Below are positions 39,246-50,819 of a stretch of DNA of 63,636 bases, piece after piece. Both the position numbers and the translations under genes were made by a program. Source of the stretch: Okamejei kenojei (taxonomy: Eukaryota); the NCBI GenBank assembly GCA_035221665.1, contig CM069159.1, positions 19,654,365-19,718,000 of the forward strand, read 5' to 3'. The notes below the pieces were generated by a model that saw only the letters and a list, made by a program, of their open reading frames with translations, searched no databases and was not told the origin of the DNA. How positions within the stretch are numbered: position 1 is the first letter of the stretch; each line of letters starts with the position of its first letter.

Positions 39246-39837
39246 AGAACATAGAACAGTACAGCACAATAACAGGTTCTTTGCCCCTAATGTCTGTGCC
39301 AAACACGATGCCAAGACCATCTCTTATCTATATGCACATAATCCATATCTCTCCACTACCGGCATATCTATATGCCAACCAAAAAGCCTCTTAAATGCCA
39401 CTATTGTCTCTATTGAAAATAATAAATGTCTACAGCCAATGAACTTTATTGAGAATATAAACATTAATTGCACTGGCAACTGTTTAAAGCATTTATTCAA
39501 TCTTATTTGTTCCGTTAAATGGTGGGCATTCAAAGTTTTCTGTAATTGTTCTTATTTTATATTTCGCTCAATATTTCACTGTTCTTCTTATTTCTCCACT
39601 GGTGGATCATTTCAATTGTTTATAATATTTAGCTCTGGCAATCCTAAGTCAAAAAACTATCTTTGTTTTTGTTCTAATAACACCAATACACGATGCTCCT
39701 AATGTTGCCAAAGAGGCATGTTCTGAACCAACTCGCATGCATAAGCCAATTCTTTCATGATTGAGTTCCTGCATGCAGCAGTTCATTAATTCTAATTTCC
39801 CCCATCCTCCATCGACATTGGGTTCAACCTGTGCCAG

Positions 39838-40105
39838 ACAGCACAGTGACGAGGCTGGTAGAGCTGCTGCCTCACAGATTCAGGGACCCAGGTTCGACCC
39901 TGACCTCGGTGCTGTGTGGAATTTGATTATTTTTTTTTACCTGTGACTGCGTGGTTTTCCTCTGGGTGCTCCTGAATTGGATGAGTGGACGAGAAAGTGG
40001 GACACCATAGAACTAGTGTGAACAGGTGATCGATGGTAGGTGTGGACTCAGAAGGCCGGAAGGCCTTTTTCCACGCCACATCTCTGAACTGTACTAACCT
40101 TAACT
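39838..40105 (+). mobile_element. tRNA-derived SINE
   Basis: tRNA-like head with B box ggttcgaccc and CR1-like 3' tail. Confidence 0.7.
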
Positions 40106-40259
40106 AAGACTCAACCTTCACACTACCGATCACTCAGCCAAGATTATGGATTCAATGTTCCAAGGTATTGAAAATTTCTGCTTATAGCCAAGTAGTTTCA
40201 CTCAGAAGCGGAGGTGAGTGATTTCTCATCGTATTTTGTCGTATTTCTCATCGTAAGAG

Positions 40260-40715
40260 GTGGATCAAAGTGATGGGTAGATCCAGGGGTGGATTGTCAG
40301 ATCAGTTAAGTGGAAGAGCAGGGTAGAGAGGTTACAACTCCAAAGGGAAGCTTGGTCGGCAAATTGGGAGGGGATGGGGAAAGTGATGAGCAGATAAAAG
40401 AGGTGAGGCAGGGGAATTGGGTGATGGGGTATGGGTGGAGCACAAATAAACGTGTGTGTGAGGGGACCTGGGTAGGTCAGAAGAAGAGGGGAAGGGGGGA
40501 AAAGCAAAGGGTGGAGTTGGGGTGGGGGGTGTTGATTACCTTCAAGATAGAGAATGCTATATTCATCTCTTTGGGTGTAGGCTACCCAAGTAGAATATGA
40601 GGTGCTATTCTTCCAGTTTGTGGTTGGTCTCACTCTGGCAATGGAAGAAGGGCCGACAGGTCAGTGTGGGAATGGAAAAGCAAATTGAAATGGATAGCAA
40701 TTGGCAGCTCCTTCC
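40260..40715 (-). mobile_element. Penelope-like element 3' fragment
   Basis: Reverse-complement homologue of the 32750-32950 segment. Confidence 0.55.
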
Positions 40716-41039
40716 CAGAGGGAGCAATGATGGGTAGATGGGGATGGTGCACGGAAAGGAACTTTTTAAGGGGAGTTCACTTCTTGTACTAAGAATGAAT
40801 GGAAACAGAACTTAGCCAAGTCAAGCTGTTTATTGCCACTGGCACAAGAACGGTGAGGTACAGGTGTAACAAAAATCTGCACACAGAAACATAAATTATA
40901 TGTAAATTGTTTATAAATCACATAAAATTCTACAAGACTAAAAAATTGAAGAAGACCGTAAAACACAATGAGAAAAACAAACAAGTCCATTGTGTTTCAT
41001 TGTCGAGCGAAGATTGGGGTTGTGTGGGTTGGTTCAAAA

Positions 41040-41725
41040 AAGTTGTAGGAAAAAGCAGTGGTTTCTGAACCTGGTGGTGTGATACTCTAGGTTTTAAACC
41101 TCACCCTATGGTAGCAGTGAGTAGAGGACATGGCCTGGATGGTGAGATCATAGATGCCACCTTCTTGAGGCAAGTAGGTGGAGAGGCTTGTGGCTGTGAT
41201 TGCTTGAGCTGAGTATAGCCTCTTGAGTTCCAATGTATTGAAATTTCCATACCAGCCCAAGATGCAACCAGTCAGAATACTTCCTACAGTACATCAGTTG
41301 AAGTTTCTTAGCATGTTGCATAACCTGCCAAGTCTCTTTAAACTTCTATCGAAGTAGAGGCAGTGGCAGATCTTTTTCATGATTACAGCTATGTGCTGTG
41401 CTTACGAGAGATCACCTGAGGTCTTCATCCAGGAATTTGAAGTTGCTAACTCATTCCACCATTGACCCAACATTAAAAACTGCATGTTGTCTCCCGACTT
41501 CACCGTTCCAAAGTCAATGGTTCGCTACTTTGTTTTGTTGACCTTGAGTGAGAGTTTGTTGTTGCGGCACCATTCAACCAGTTGTTCCATCTCTCTCTTG
41601 CACACTGACTGTTCATCATCCATAATTCAGCTAACCACAATGGTGTCATTGTTGAGTTTATAGATGGCGTTGGAGCTATGCTTAGCCACATAGCTATGAG
41701 TGAGAAAAGAGTAGAGCAGGGTGCT
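41040..41725 (-). mobile_element. Old degenerate Rex1/L2-type RT fragment
   Basis: Remnants DTIV, LVEWC..N.L.L.V.KT. Confidence 0.6.
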
Positions 41726-42992
41726 AAAGGATTGGAAATTGTATGACTGCCTTGGTCTCCTTTGTTTGCAACAAATAAATCTGAGGAGCAATTAAATTGC
41801 AGTGCATTAAATTATGTGAGGTCTCAACACACAAACCAGAAAAGACTTGGATATCTTTGCCTGGATTAATTTAGGAACATTGATGTGTTAACCGGTAGAA
41901 GAATCGGGTAGATGTTGAGAACAAACAAATTCACTCAATCAGTGGCAGTGACTGGAACTCATCGCCTGAATGGGTACAAGAAGTAGAAATCTTCACCAAA
42001 TTTCATGGATCTGGATGAGCACTTGAAGTGTATCACCTGCAGGGCTTTGAACCAGAGAAGTGAAAGTAAGCTAATTTTTTTTTGAGCAGCACGTATACAA
42101 TAGATCTCCTCCTACACCATTAATTTAGACGATAATTATCATTATCTCAAGCTACCACTAATCTCTCACTTAAATCTTTTACTGTGCATTATCATTATAT
42201 TGTCGTCAGTACTAATCATAAGACTATTGCATGTGAGTCTGTGTGATATACATAATCCCATTTTGCTAGGACCATGGACTAATATAATTGTCCAGCACAT
42301 ATTTGATCCTTGATGCTGCTCAGCTAAAGAAGGTATAAGAGCAATTAAGCTTAAGTCAGTATATTATAGCCATGTCTAACATTTTTAATATTTTAGTTTT
42401 TATCTGTCTGTACTTTTATAGGAGGGATTTGATACGTAGAAGGGGTATGTCTATTTCTAGAGGAGATTAGCGCAAACTCATAGATTAGGAGTCAGTTGGG
42501 TCTCGGAAGGATGGTGAGAATACAGTTTTTTATCACACACACACACGACATGATCACGACACACACAAGTTAATGAGACGACATATTTTTATAAGAGGAA
42601 ACTTTCATATGATATATAGGACATGAATGGAACAGCGATTGAGAACGGTAAGTGATGGATTATTTATTTGCTATGTACTACTTCAATAAATGACCAATTG
42701 ATCAAGAAACAACGTTTTGAAGATTCGTTTTTACCATCTTAAGTGTGTCCTGAGTGCATATACTATACCTCCTAACCATCCCCGAAGAGTAATGGTTATC
42801 AAAGTTGGTCTTTGAGAAGGTGGTAAAGAATGCTATTATAGAAGGGCTATATTATTATGATTCTACTTCATTAACAACATATTCTCTATGAAAATAGAGC
42901 AGAATTGTGGACAATTTACTCTGTCAGTAGGTTTCACTAATATTGAAATGTGTGAAATATAGTTTAATACTTTATGCTTTATCTTCTCTCAG

Positions 42993-43283
42993 ATCTTCCA
43001 GAAATGTATATACGGGGTGATACTTTGGTTGCTGGTCATGAATCCACTCTAACCTGCTCTGTCAAGGGATTGTACGACAAGAATATCTCCTTTACATGGA
43101 CATGCACCTCTACAAATATCACTGCGCCAACTTTTGAAACAGACAGGAATGGCACACTAGTTGCCACCAGTCATTACAAGATTGTCCCAAGAGTGGAAGA
43201 CAATGGGACTGTTTGCAGTTGTCAGATTTATCATTCCACTTTTGGACGACCAGCTGTAAATATAATCAAACTAAATATTATGT
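42993..43283 (+). CDS. Ig receptor exon 3, C1-like Ig domain
   Basis: Acceptor cttctctcag, donor t|gtaagt, phase 1/1; LTCSVKGLY, ISFTW, NGT, DNGTVCSCQIYH. Confidence 0.88.
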
Positions 43284-45043
43284 GTAAGTATCATCTTTAA
43301 CTTTTGAAGTGGTATTCACTGTATTGCTATTCTTTGAATTCTTAGTGTATGCACATTATTCTGTTATATGTACTGTATATCACCATCTATACCAGTGCAA
43401 CTGAATATCTTCTGCATCTGCTTTAACTGCTCATTGACCCATTCATACCATTAGTTTTATCACTTACATTTCTCTCATTTATATTGTCTTGGTTTCTTCT
43501 ATTTTGCCCTTCTCTCTGGTTCTGTTACTCAGACCAAAAGTTTCACCTTTCTCTACTGCTTGCAATCAATCTGCCCCAAATACTCTATCTTCTTACTATG
43601 ATGATTCTTTCCCAGATTTGAATCATTCTCAGATAAGTTTGAAGCCTCCTTATAGATATCTCTTGGTAATCCTATGTGTGTGTCTCCCCATCTCCACTGA
43701 GGCAATCTTTGAAGTACATCTGATGTTGATGCCTCCATTTAAGCAGTAAGCCCATCCTATTTCCTTCCCACCCATCAAACCCGCTAAAGGCTATTTCTGC
43801 TAACCTTCTCAATCAGAGTTTGCGACACAGGGTGGATCAATATTCATCATCCTTCTCCCTTCCACATTCATATTCTGTCCTATTCATTTTAGAATTGGAC
43901 TTTTGCCATCTAAACCCTCATTGTGTGTGTGTGCATTGATAAAAATATTTCAAGTATAACTAATTGCTCCTTCTCCAAACTTCTTGGCTACGGTCTCACA
44001 AAGGTTCTATGTTCCCTTTCACCAAAACTCACTTTCTTCTGTCCTTATCCATCTCCAGCAACACTTCACCCTTTTGCATCTCCTTCATATCTCTCCATTA
44101 AATTATCTTTCTCTATCAACAAAAGTTGATTCTTCTCTCCCAGCTTTTGCAATGAGTGGTACCTTCTCACTATTTTAAATGTCCATCTTACGTAGCTGTC
44201 TTAACCCTTACGTCTTTGACTTCATAGCCCTCTGTCCTGCATTAACTTTGGTTAACTCCTCTATTCATGGCCACACCAACAATATTCTCTTTTCATGTGT
44301 GGGAAGAAACTGCAGATGCTGATTTAAACTGAAGATAGTCACAAAATGCCGAAGTAACTCAGCGGGAGAAGGATCTCGACCCAAAGCTTCACCCATTCCC
44401 TCTCCAGAGATGCTGCATGCCCCGCTGAGTTACTCGAGCATGTTGTGTCTACCTTCCCTTCACAGGTGGCCCTACTACTCTCACCATATGCAGGGGTATC
44501 TGTGATTATTTGTGATAGCTGTAGAAATCACTTACAACCCCACACCCATCTGTTTTCCGACAGGTGAAGAAAATCACCTAAGAATTATATCAGTGGCTTC
44601 ACTCTTCAAACTGTTAGGCATTTGGACCTCCATTTGCCATGTTTATCAAAACACTTCATCTCTACCACCAGCTGTATAACCCTCGAACAATTCTACATTT
44701 CTCCAGTCGTAATGTCGAAGAATCTCAACTTTCATCGTGCAAACGGTTCATTAAGCTCTACCATTCACTCCCCTTTCCTCTCTGCATCAATCCCTCACTC
44801 TCCATAGACAAGAACAAGCTTAGCTTTTTTGTTTTACGTATATGATTTTACTTCGGAGTCACGTGAGTGACTACGTGAAGACCCCGTCCAGCACGCATGC
44901 GCGACATTAGCGTTCATGCAGTGCACCCGCGACGAACGGGAGTTCAAGGCGCTCCCGCTACAATTTGAAAAGTCGGGCCGACAGGTAAGTTTTACCGTGG
45001 CCGTGTGTCTTTTTCTCTGTGGTCTGCTTGTGTTCCAGAAAGA

Positions 45044-46281
45044 ATGAGCAAGACCAGAGGAAAGAAGTCTGCAGCTCGCCCCCGTTCGTCCTCCGTTGAG
45101 GAATGCTCTTTGGAGGGGGGGGCAAGAGGCGGCGGTTTATAACTACCGAGCCGAGCCCAGCACCGCTCGTGCTGCCTGAGCAGCGGGCTGGAGGTACCTA
45201 CAGCCGGAACCGGGCGGTAGTGTCCGACGTTTCGGATGAAGATGCCTTACCGCTCGAGAGCACAGGCAGCCGCCTAAGCCGCATGGAACGGCTTATGGAG
45301 CAATTGCTCCAGCGAGATCTGCTGAGAGAGCAGCAGCAGCCTCGCCAAGGGAGTTCAGGCACTCCCGCAGTGCCTTTTACGGCACTGGCCATTGCTTCAC
45401 CTTCTTTTGAAGGCAGCATTGGCGACCAGGTCTGGGCTGGTCAAGAAGAGGGGTCACTGGCTGAAGATTTCGGGAGTACGCAGGGTGTACAGGAACAGGA
45501 AGAGCTGCTGGGTGTGGTCAACCGCTACGTGGCCATTCCACAAGCGGGTCGGCCATTAGAGCCGAAACTTGCAGCCAGCATTAACCACCTGTCCTCTAAA
45601 CCCCTACAAGAACAAGTGGTCAATGAGGCTCTTCAACTATATACAGCCCCAGGAAATTGTACATCTTTGAATGTACCTGCTGTCAATAGCCAAATTTGGG
45701 GACATTTGGGGCAGAACATCAGAAACCTGGAGTTAAAGCTCCAGAAGATCCTTAAATTCCTGACTGCAGGAATAACATCTTATGCTCGGTCCATTGATGG
45801 TGCGGACATCTCCACAAATCAGCAAGACACATTAGCTCTGCTGTGCACCACTCAATATGAGATAAATAATTTGCGAAAGGCGATTATCAAGCCTGCCCTC
45901 AACCCTAAATTTGCGGGACTCTGCAAAACACCGGGGTTAGAACCTCCTATTCTGCTCTTTGGGAAAGACCTTCCAAAAAAGGTGAAAGACCTGGAAGAAG
46001 AATCCAAGACCTTTGGTCTCGTGAGGGCAGGTTTGGGACCGAGCAGACCCAACAAACCCAGGCGGCAGTACCCCATGGCGTCCACCAGTCGTCGACCACA
46101 CTATGGGACTGGTGAAAGCTCGGGGTCTGCAACCATTCCCCGTAAGCCTTTTTTAGGCCAGGGCCCAGAGCGGACCCCATGGAAAATGCGCCACCCCCAA
46201 CAACATCGAGATCAACATCAACCCTCTACAGCCCAGCAGACGCCTCATCACCCAGCGAAGAGGCAGAAGAAGCACCAATAA
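45044..46281 (+). CDS. DIRS ORF1 (gag-like), with a frameshift near the G-run at ~45114
   Basis: 392-aa open frame. An upstream ATG at 45044 is in another frame. TAA is followed by ccATG of ORF2. Confidence 0.7.
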
Positions 46282-46283
46282 CC

Positions 46284-47994
46284 ATGGAGGTAGGTGGGTC
46301 TGGTTCCTCTCAGCATATGTGCAGTAGGGGCTCTGTGCTAACAGGGGGGAGATTGCATTTGTTTTTGGATGCATGGGAATCCATCACTAATGACAAGTAT
46401 ATACTCAGCAGCGTTCATGACTACTTTGAACAAGTCTGTCAGGTATATACATTTCAAGATGGATACTTTTGAAACAGCCAGACTATTGGTTTCTAGGGGG
46501 TACTTTTCTAGCAAGCATTGATTTAAAAGATGCCTACTACTCAGTACCCATACACAAGGACCATCGAAAATATTTACAATTTATCTGGATGAAACAGCTA
46601 TGGCAATATAAAGCCTTACCAAATGGGCTAACCTCTGCTCCAAGGTTGTTCACTAAAATCTTAAAACCTGCCTTGGCATTATTGAGGAAACAAAAGCATA
46701 TAGTCATGGCGTATTTAGACGACATTTTTAATAGTAGGGAAAACCTTGGAGACAGCTATTTTGGCAGTCGCAGCCACCAAACGTTTGTTTGAAACTTTGG
46801 GGTTTGTCATACATCCAGAAAAATCCAATCTTACACTGTCCACTGCCATGGACTATCTTGGATTTACGATAGATACTGTTCGCATGATTGTAACTCTGCC
46901 GAAGGGGAAAGCATCAGAATTGGCGCTATCATGCAACAAACTCATGAATAAACATCAGCCAACCATACGGGAAGTAGCTAGAGTTATTGGCAAAATGGTA
47001 GCAGCTTTCCCAGCTGTACAATTTGGGCCTTTGCACTATCAAATTTGCAAAGAGCTAAAGTGCATGCACTAAAGCAAAACTCAGGTCACTTTGACCGAGC
47101 TATGAGTTTAACTGCTGAATCCATTCCAGAGTTACAATGGTGGGCGAGGAATGTAAGACTCAGCTCCAGTCCCATTATGATCACCAACCCAGTATTAACC
47201 ATTCAAACGGATGCCAGTGCTTTGGGCTGGGGAGCAACTAACATGCAATCCAGCACAGGGGGCAGATGGAGTAAATTTGAATCATCTTGCCTACAGACAC
47301 GGGGTATCAACTATTTAGAAATGTTGGGTGCGTTTTATGGGTTAAAAGCATATTCATGTAATACGCATCATGCACATGTCCGGTTGCAACTAGATAATAC
47401 CACGGTGGTGGCTTATATCAATCACATGGGTGGTGTAAAGTCGATATCGTGTGACAATTTGGCCAACCTAATCTGGCAATGGTGTGTTGAAAGGCATATT
47501 TGGTTATCAGCAACTTACCTTCCAGGTAAGCAAAATACAGTGGCAGACACCAGGTCACGTAGATTTAATGAAACATCGAATGGATGTTAAATCCCAAAGT
47601 GTTTGCTGAAATTACAAAGCAATATGGCACACCAGATATCGATCTATTTGCATCCAGGCTGAATCACCAGGTACCAACGTATGTCGCTTGGGAACCAGAC
47701 CCTGAGGCAGCAGCAGTTGATGCATTCTCGCTGCATTGGGGGAAAATGTTATTTTATGCTTTTCCTCCCTTCTGCCTCATCAGTTGGGTATTACGCAAGA
47801 TTCAATTGGATTCCGCTTCAGGAATCTTGATAATACCTGACTGGCCTACACAGCCATGGTTCCCAGTGGCTTTCGACATGGCTGTTGAAACACCGTTGGA
47901 ATTCCCCAGCAGTCGACAGTTATTAATCCACCCAGTGTCAGGCATTAGTCACCCGTGCCATGACAGAGTCAATCTCCTGGCTTGCAGATTCTAA
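46284..47994 (+). pseudogene. DIRS ORF2 RT/RNase H/adenine-methylase-like, frameshifted
   Basis: Consecutive ORF fragments carry RT, RH and DLFAS...YAFPPF motifs. Confidence 0.9.
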
Positions 47995-48969
47995 AAAGAC
48001 CTCTACTGGGCCTGGGACTGTCTGAGGACGCCATCAACATGATGACCGCATCTCACCAGGAGTCCACCAGGAGACAATACCTGACCAATATAAGAAAATG
48101 GGAACAGTATTGCTCCAAAACAGGAACTACCTACACCACAGCTACAGCCACCAGTGTTGTGGAGTTTCTGCTTGGATTACATCGGGAAGGACTCAGCTAC
48201 AGCGCCATTAATACAGCCAGGAGTGCGTTGTCAGCTTATTTGGTTCCAGCAGCAGGACAACTGACTTTGGGGTCCCATCCACTAGTGGTCAAAATCATGA
48301 GGGGCATTTTTAACACCAATCCCCCTAGGCCTAGGTACACTCAGATCTGGGATGTCAGCATAGTACTGACGTACCTTAGGGGATGGCCACCACCCAGGTC
48401 ACTTACTCTGGAACAACTTACACTGAAATCAGTCATGCTCATGGCTCTAGTGTCAGCTCAAAGGGTACAGTCCCTCCACCTTCTGAGGCTGGACAGCATG
48501 ACAGAGTCATTGGACTGTATCACATTTCACATTCAGGGGGCTGGTCAAACAATCTAGACCAGGTACCACGCCTCCAGTTATGGAGTTCCGGGCATATTCA
48601 CCTGACCCACGGTTGTGTGCCAAGACCCATCTCGCCAACTACATAGACACAACATATAACTTAAGAGGGAGAGAAAAAGCCTTATGGATAAGCCACAAGA
48701 AGCCTCATGGTCAGGTGACGAGCCAAACCATTTCAAGGTGGCTCAAGCAGGTGCTTAAGTCCGCGGGAATCGATACTAATGTGTACAAATCTCATTCCAC
48801 CAGGGCTGCATCTACGTCGGCGGCTAGGCAAATGGATGTGCCTATGGACCATATTCTGGCCAGAGCAGGATGGTCCTCGGAAAGAACTTTCCAAAGGTTT
48901 TATAATAAGCCGCTGGCGGAGCCTGCTACATTTGCAGACAGAATTTTAGAGTCTGCAGATAATATTTAA
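47982..48969 (+). pseudogene. DIRS tyrosine recombinase, one frameshift
   Basis: R (AQRVQ), H-x-x-R (HSTRAAS), W (GWSS) and Y (FQRFY) catalytic signature. Confidence 0.92.
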
Positions 48970-49646
48970 TTTAAGCCCGGGGGAGCTCTCTGTTTTTTGT
49001 TGTTATTAATAAACCTTTTTTGTTCACAAACAGGTTATTGTTGATTGTATAACATGCTTCCTCCCTCTAAGGTCTTCAGGCAGTGAGTGAAGCATGAGCT
49101 GGTACACGGTTCGGATTCACAGAGCTTTGAAGTCTTCACGTAGTCACTCACGTGACTCCGAAGTAAAAATAGTAAGATTAAATGAGAACTTACCAGTTCG
49201 AAGTTTGATCTGTATTTTATGAGGAGTTACGATGAGGGATTACGTGCCCTCCGCTCCCACCCTCTATTATACAGATCAACTGGTAATTAAGTTCTTATTT
49301 TTTCTTTACTATATTTATTTCAATTGTTGTGTTTTTCTGTGAATCCACACCGCTGCTTTGAAGAAATGTCGCGCATGCGTGCTGGACGGGGTCTTCACGT
49401 AATCCCTCATCGTAACTCCTCATAAAATACAGATCAAACTTCGAACTGGTAAGTTCTCATTTAATCTTACTATTCTTTCCAACTTTGCTTCAGTGGCAGT
49501 CCGAGTTATACTGAGGTCCCTTGAGAATGATTAGCTTTCAGAAGTGCAAAGTTTGATTGTGAATAGCTGTTCTGTGTATACTTGCATGTTAAATCTTTTC
49601 ATATTGCTTTAATCTACAATGAAGTGTACATTATCTTTACCGTTAG

Positions 49647-49964
49647 ATGGACCACAAGATCTATTAATAACATACAGGTTGAAAGCAGTGGATATTTATC
49701 GACCGATCAATGATAGCATCATCTTTGTTGCTGCTGATTCATTCCTGGAACTGAATTGTCGTGTAGATAGTAATCCGGTCTCCACTGTTACCTGGACAAA
49801 GGCCACAGAGAATCATAATGTAACGTTGCAAACTGGAGTCGGTTTCAACAGTTCAAAAGAATGGACACGTTTCCAGCGTAAAGATGAAGGGATGTATTGG
49901 TGCACGGCAAAAAACGGCTACGGCTGGAGAAACAGAAGTATCTCGATAAACACAAAACAGAAAG
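49647..49964 (+). CDS. Ig receptor exon 4, C2/I-set Ig domain
   Basis: Acceptor ttaccgttag, donor g|gtaaat, phase 1/1; spliced junction gives YGP; LNCRVDSNP, VTW, DEGMYWCTAKNGYG. Confidence 0.9.
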
Positions 49965-50371
49965 GTAAATAGAAATGTAATTATACATGTGCCTAGGTAA
50001 CAATGTTCATTGATGTAGAATCATTCTTAGCAAATAAGACCTCAGCTTAATTAGTTCAATGTCTTTTTTCTTGATCTTAGTGATTGATCAATTGTAATAT
50101 TTTATTTATTTTACAAATCATATATAGTAAAGACTATTTAATGCTGTCATCTTCAAATACTTTGATTTTATAGTTTTTCCATTGTAGATAAAGAAAATGT
50201 AAACATTAGAGTGCTGCATTTTTGTTTATAAATGGCAGTGTATCTCTTTGAAATAAATATGTACCCTGCTGTCAAATAAAGTAAAATGATTGCAGTGTAT
50301 TTTTTATACTTTTTATGTTTCTCAGAGTTGAAGCATTAAATTTAGTTGACATCTTGAATTTTCTTTCACAG

Positions 50372-50470
50372 GTTATCCTTTTCTTTGTGCTCTGGTCCTG
50401 GTCCCCCTAACTACAGCCATCATTTTGGCAATAATATATTTTTGCCTGTTCTGAAATAGGCAATGGAAAG
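50372..50470 (+). CDS. Ig receptor exon 5, transmembrane exon with in-frame TGA at 50452-50454
   Basis: Acceptor ttctttcacag; reads GYPFLCALVLVPLTTAIILAIIYFCLF*NRQWK then phase-1 donor g|gtaaaa. Confidence 0.8.
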
Positions 50471-50563
50471 GTAAAACTTAAAATAAATCGTTGTTTGTAG
50501 GTGTTAACCTTAAATCGACAACAATAGCCGCTGAAAAATAATGTGGTTTTCAATCAATCGTGT

Positions 50564-50591
50564 CTGAAGAAGGGTCTCGACCCGAAACGTC
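50564..50591 (+). ncRNA. Minimal hammerhead-ribozyme motif in a Penelope-derived repeat
   Basis: CUGAAGA-A-[GGGU cucg ACCC]-GAAACGUC: both core boxes, stem II, palindromic ACGU in place of helix III; helix I is weak. Confidence 0.55.
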
Positions 50592-50819
50592 GCCTATCTC
50601 CTTCGCTCCTTAGATGCTGCTGCACCCGCTGAGTTTCTCCAGCTTTTTGTGTACCCCCGTGTTATTACACAATCCTTTTTGATATCCTGTGTGTTGCTTG
50701 TTGGGTTAATTTCATGGCCAAGTCTTTCTTTAGTTAAATAAGTGTTACATTTCAATTTAGAGGATCATGAATGATCTTGTTCAATATTTTCCAGCAATGC
50801 CCTGATCTCAAAAATGAAT

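Larger units (their letters stand above)
44845..49474 (+). mobile_element. DIRS1-type retrotransposon, copy B, sense-oriented in intron 3 of the Ig gene
   Basis: Left ITR, ICR 49132-49246, right ITR and extension. Gag-like ORF, RT (IDLKDAYY, LPNG, YLDD) with an apparent N-terminal deletion relative to copy A, RNase H (TDAS, INYLE, DN), methylase-like domain, YR. Confidence 0.95.

Noticed and set aside
47584-48969. Prophage or bacterial integrase/methylase contamination
   Set aside because: YR and methylase-like domains sit within a canonical DIRS1 structure with RT/RNase H, ITRs and ICR.
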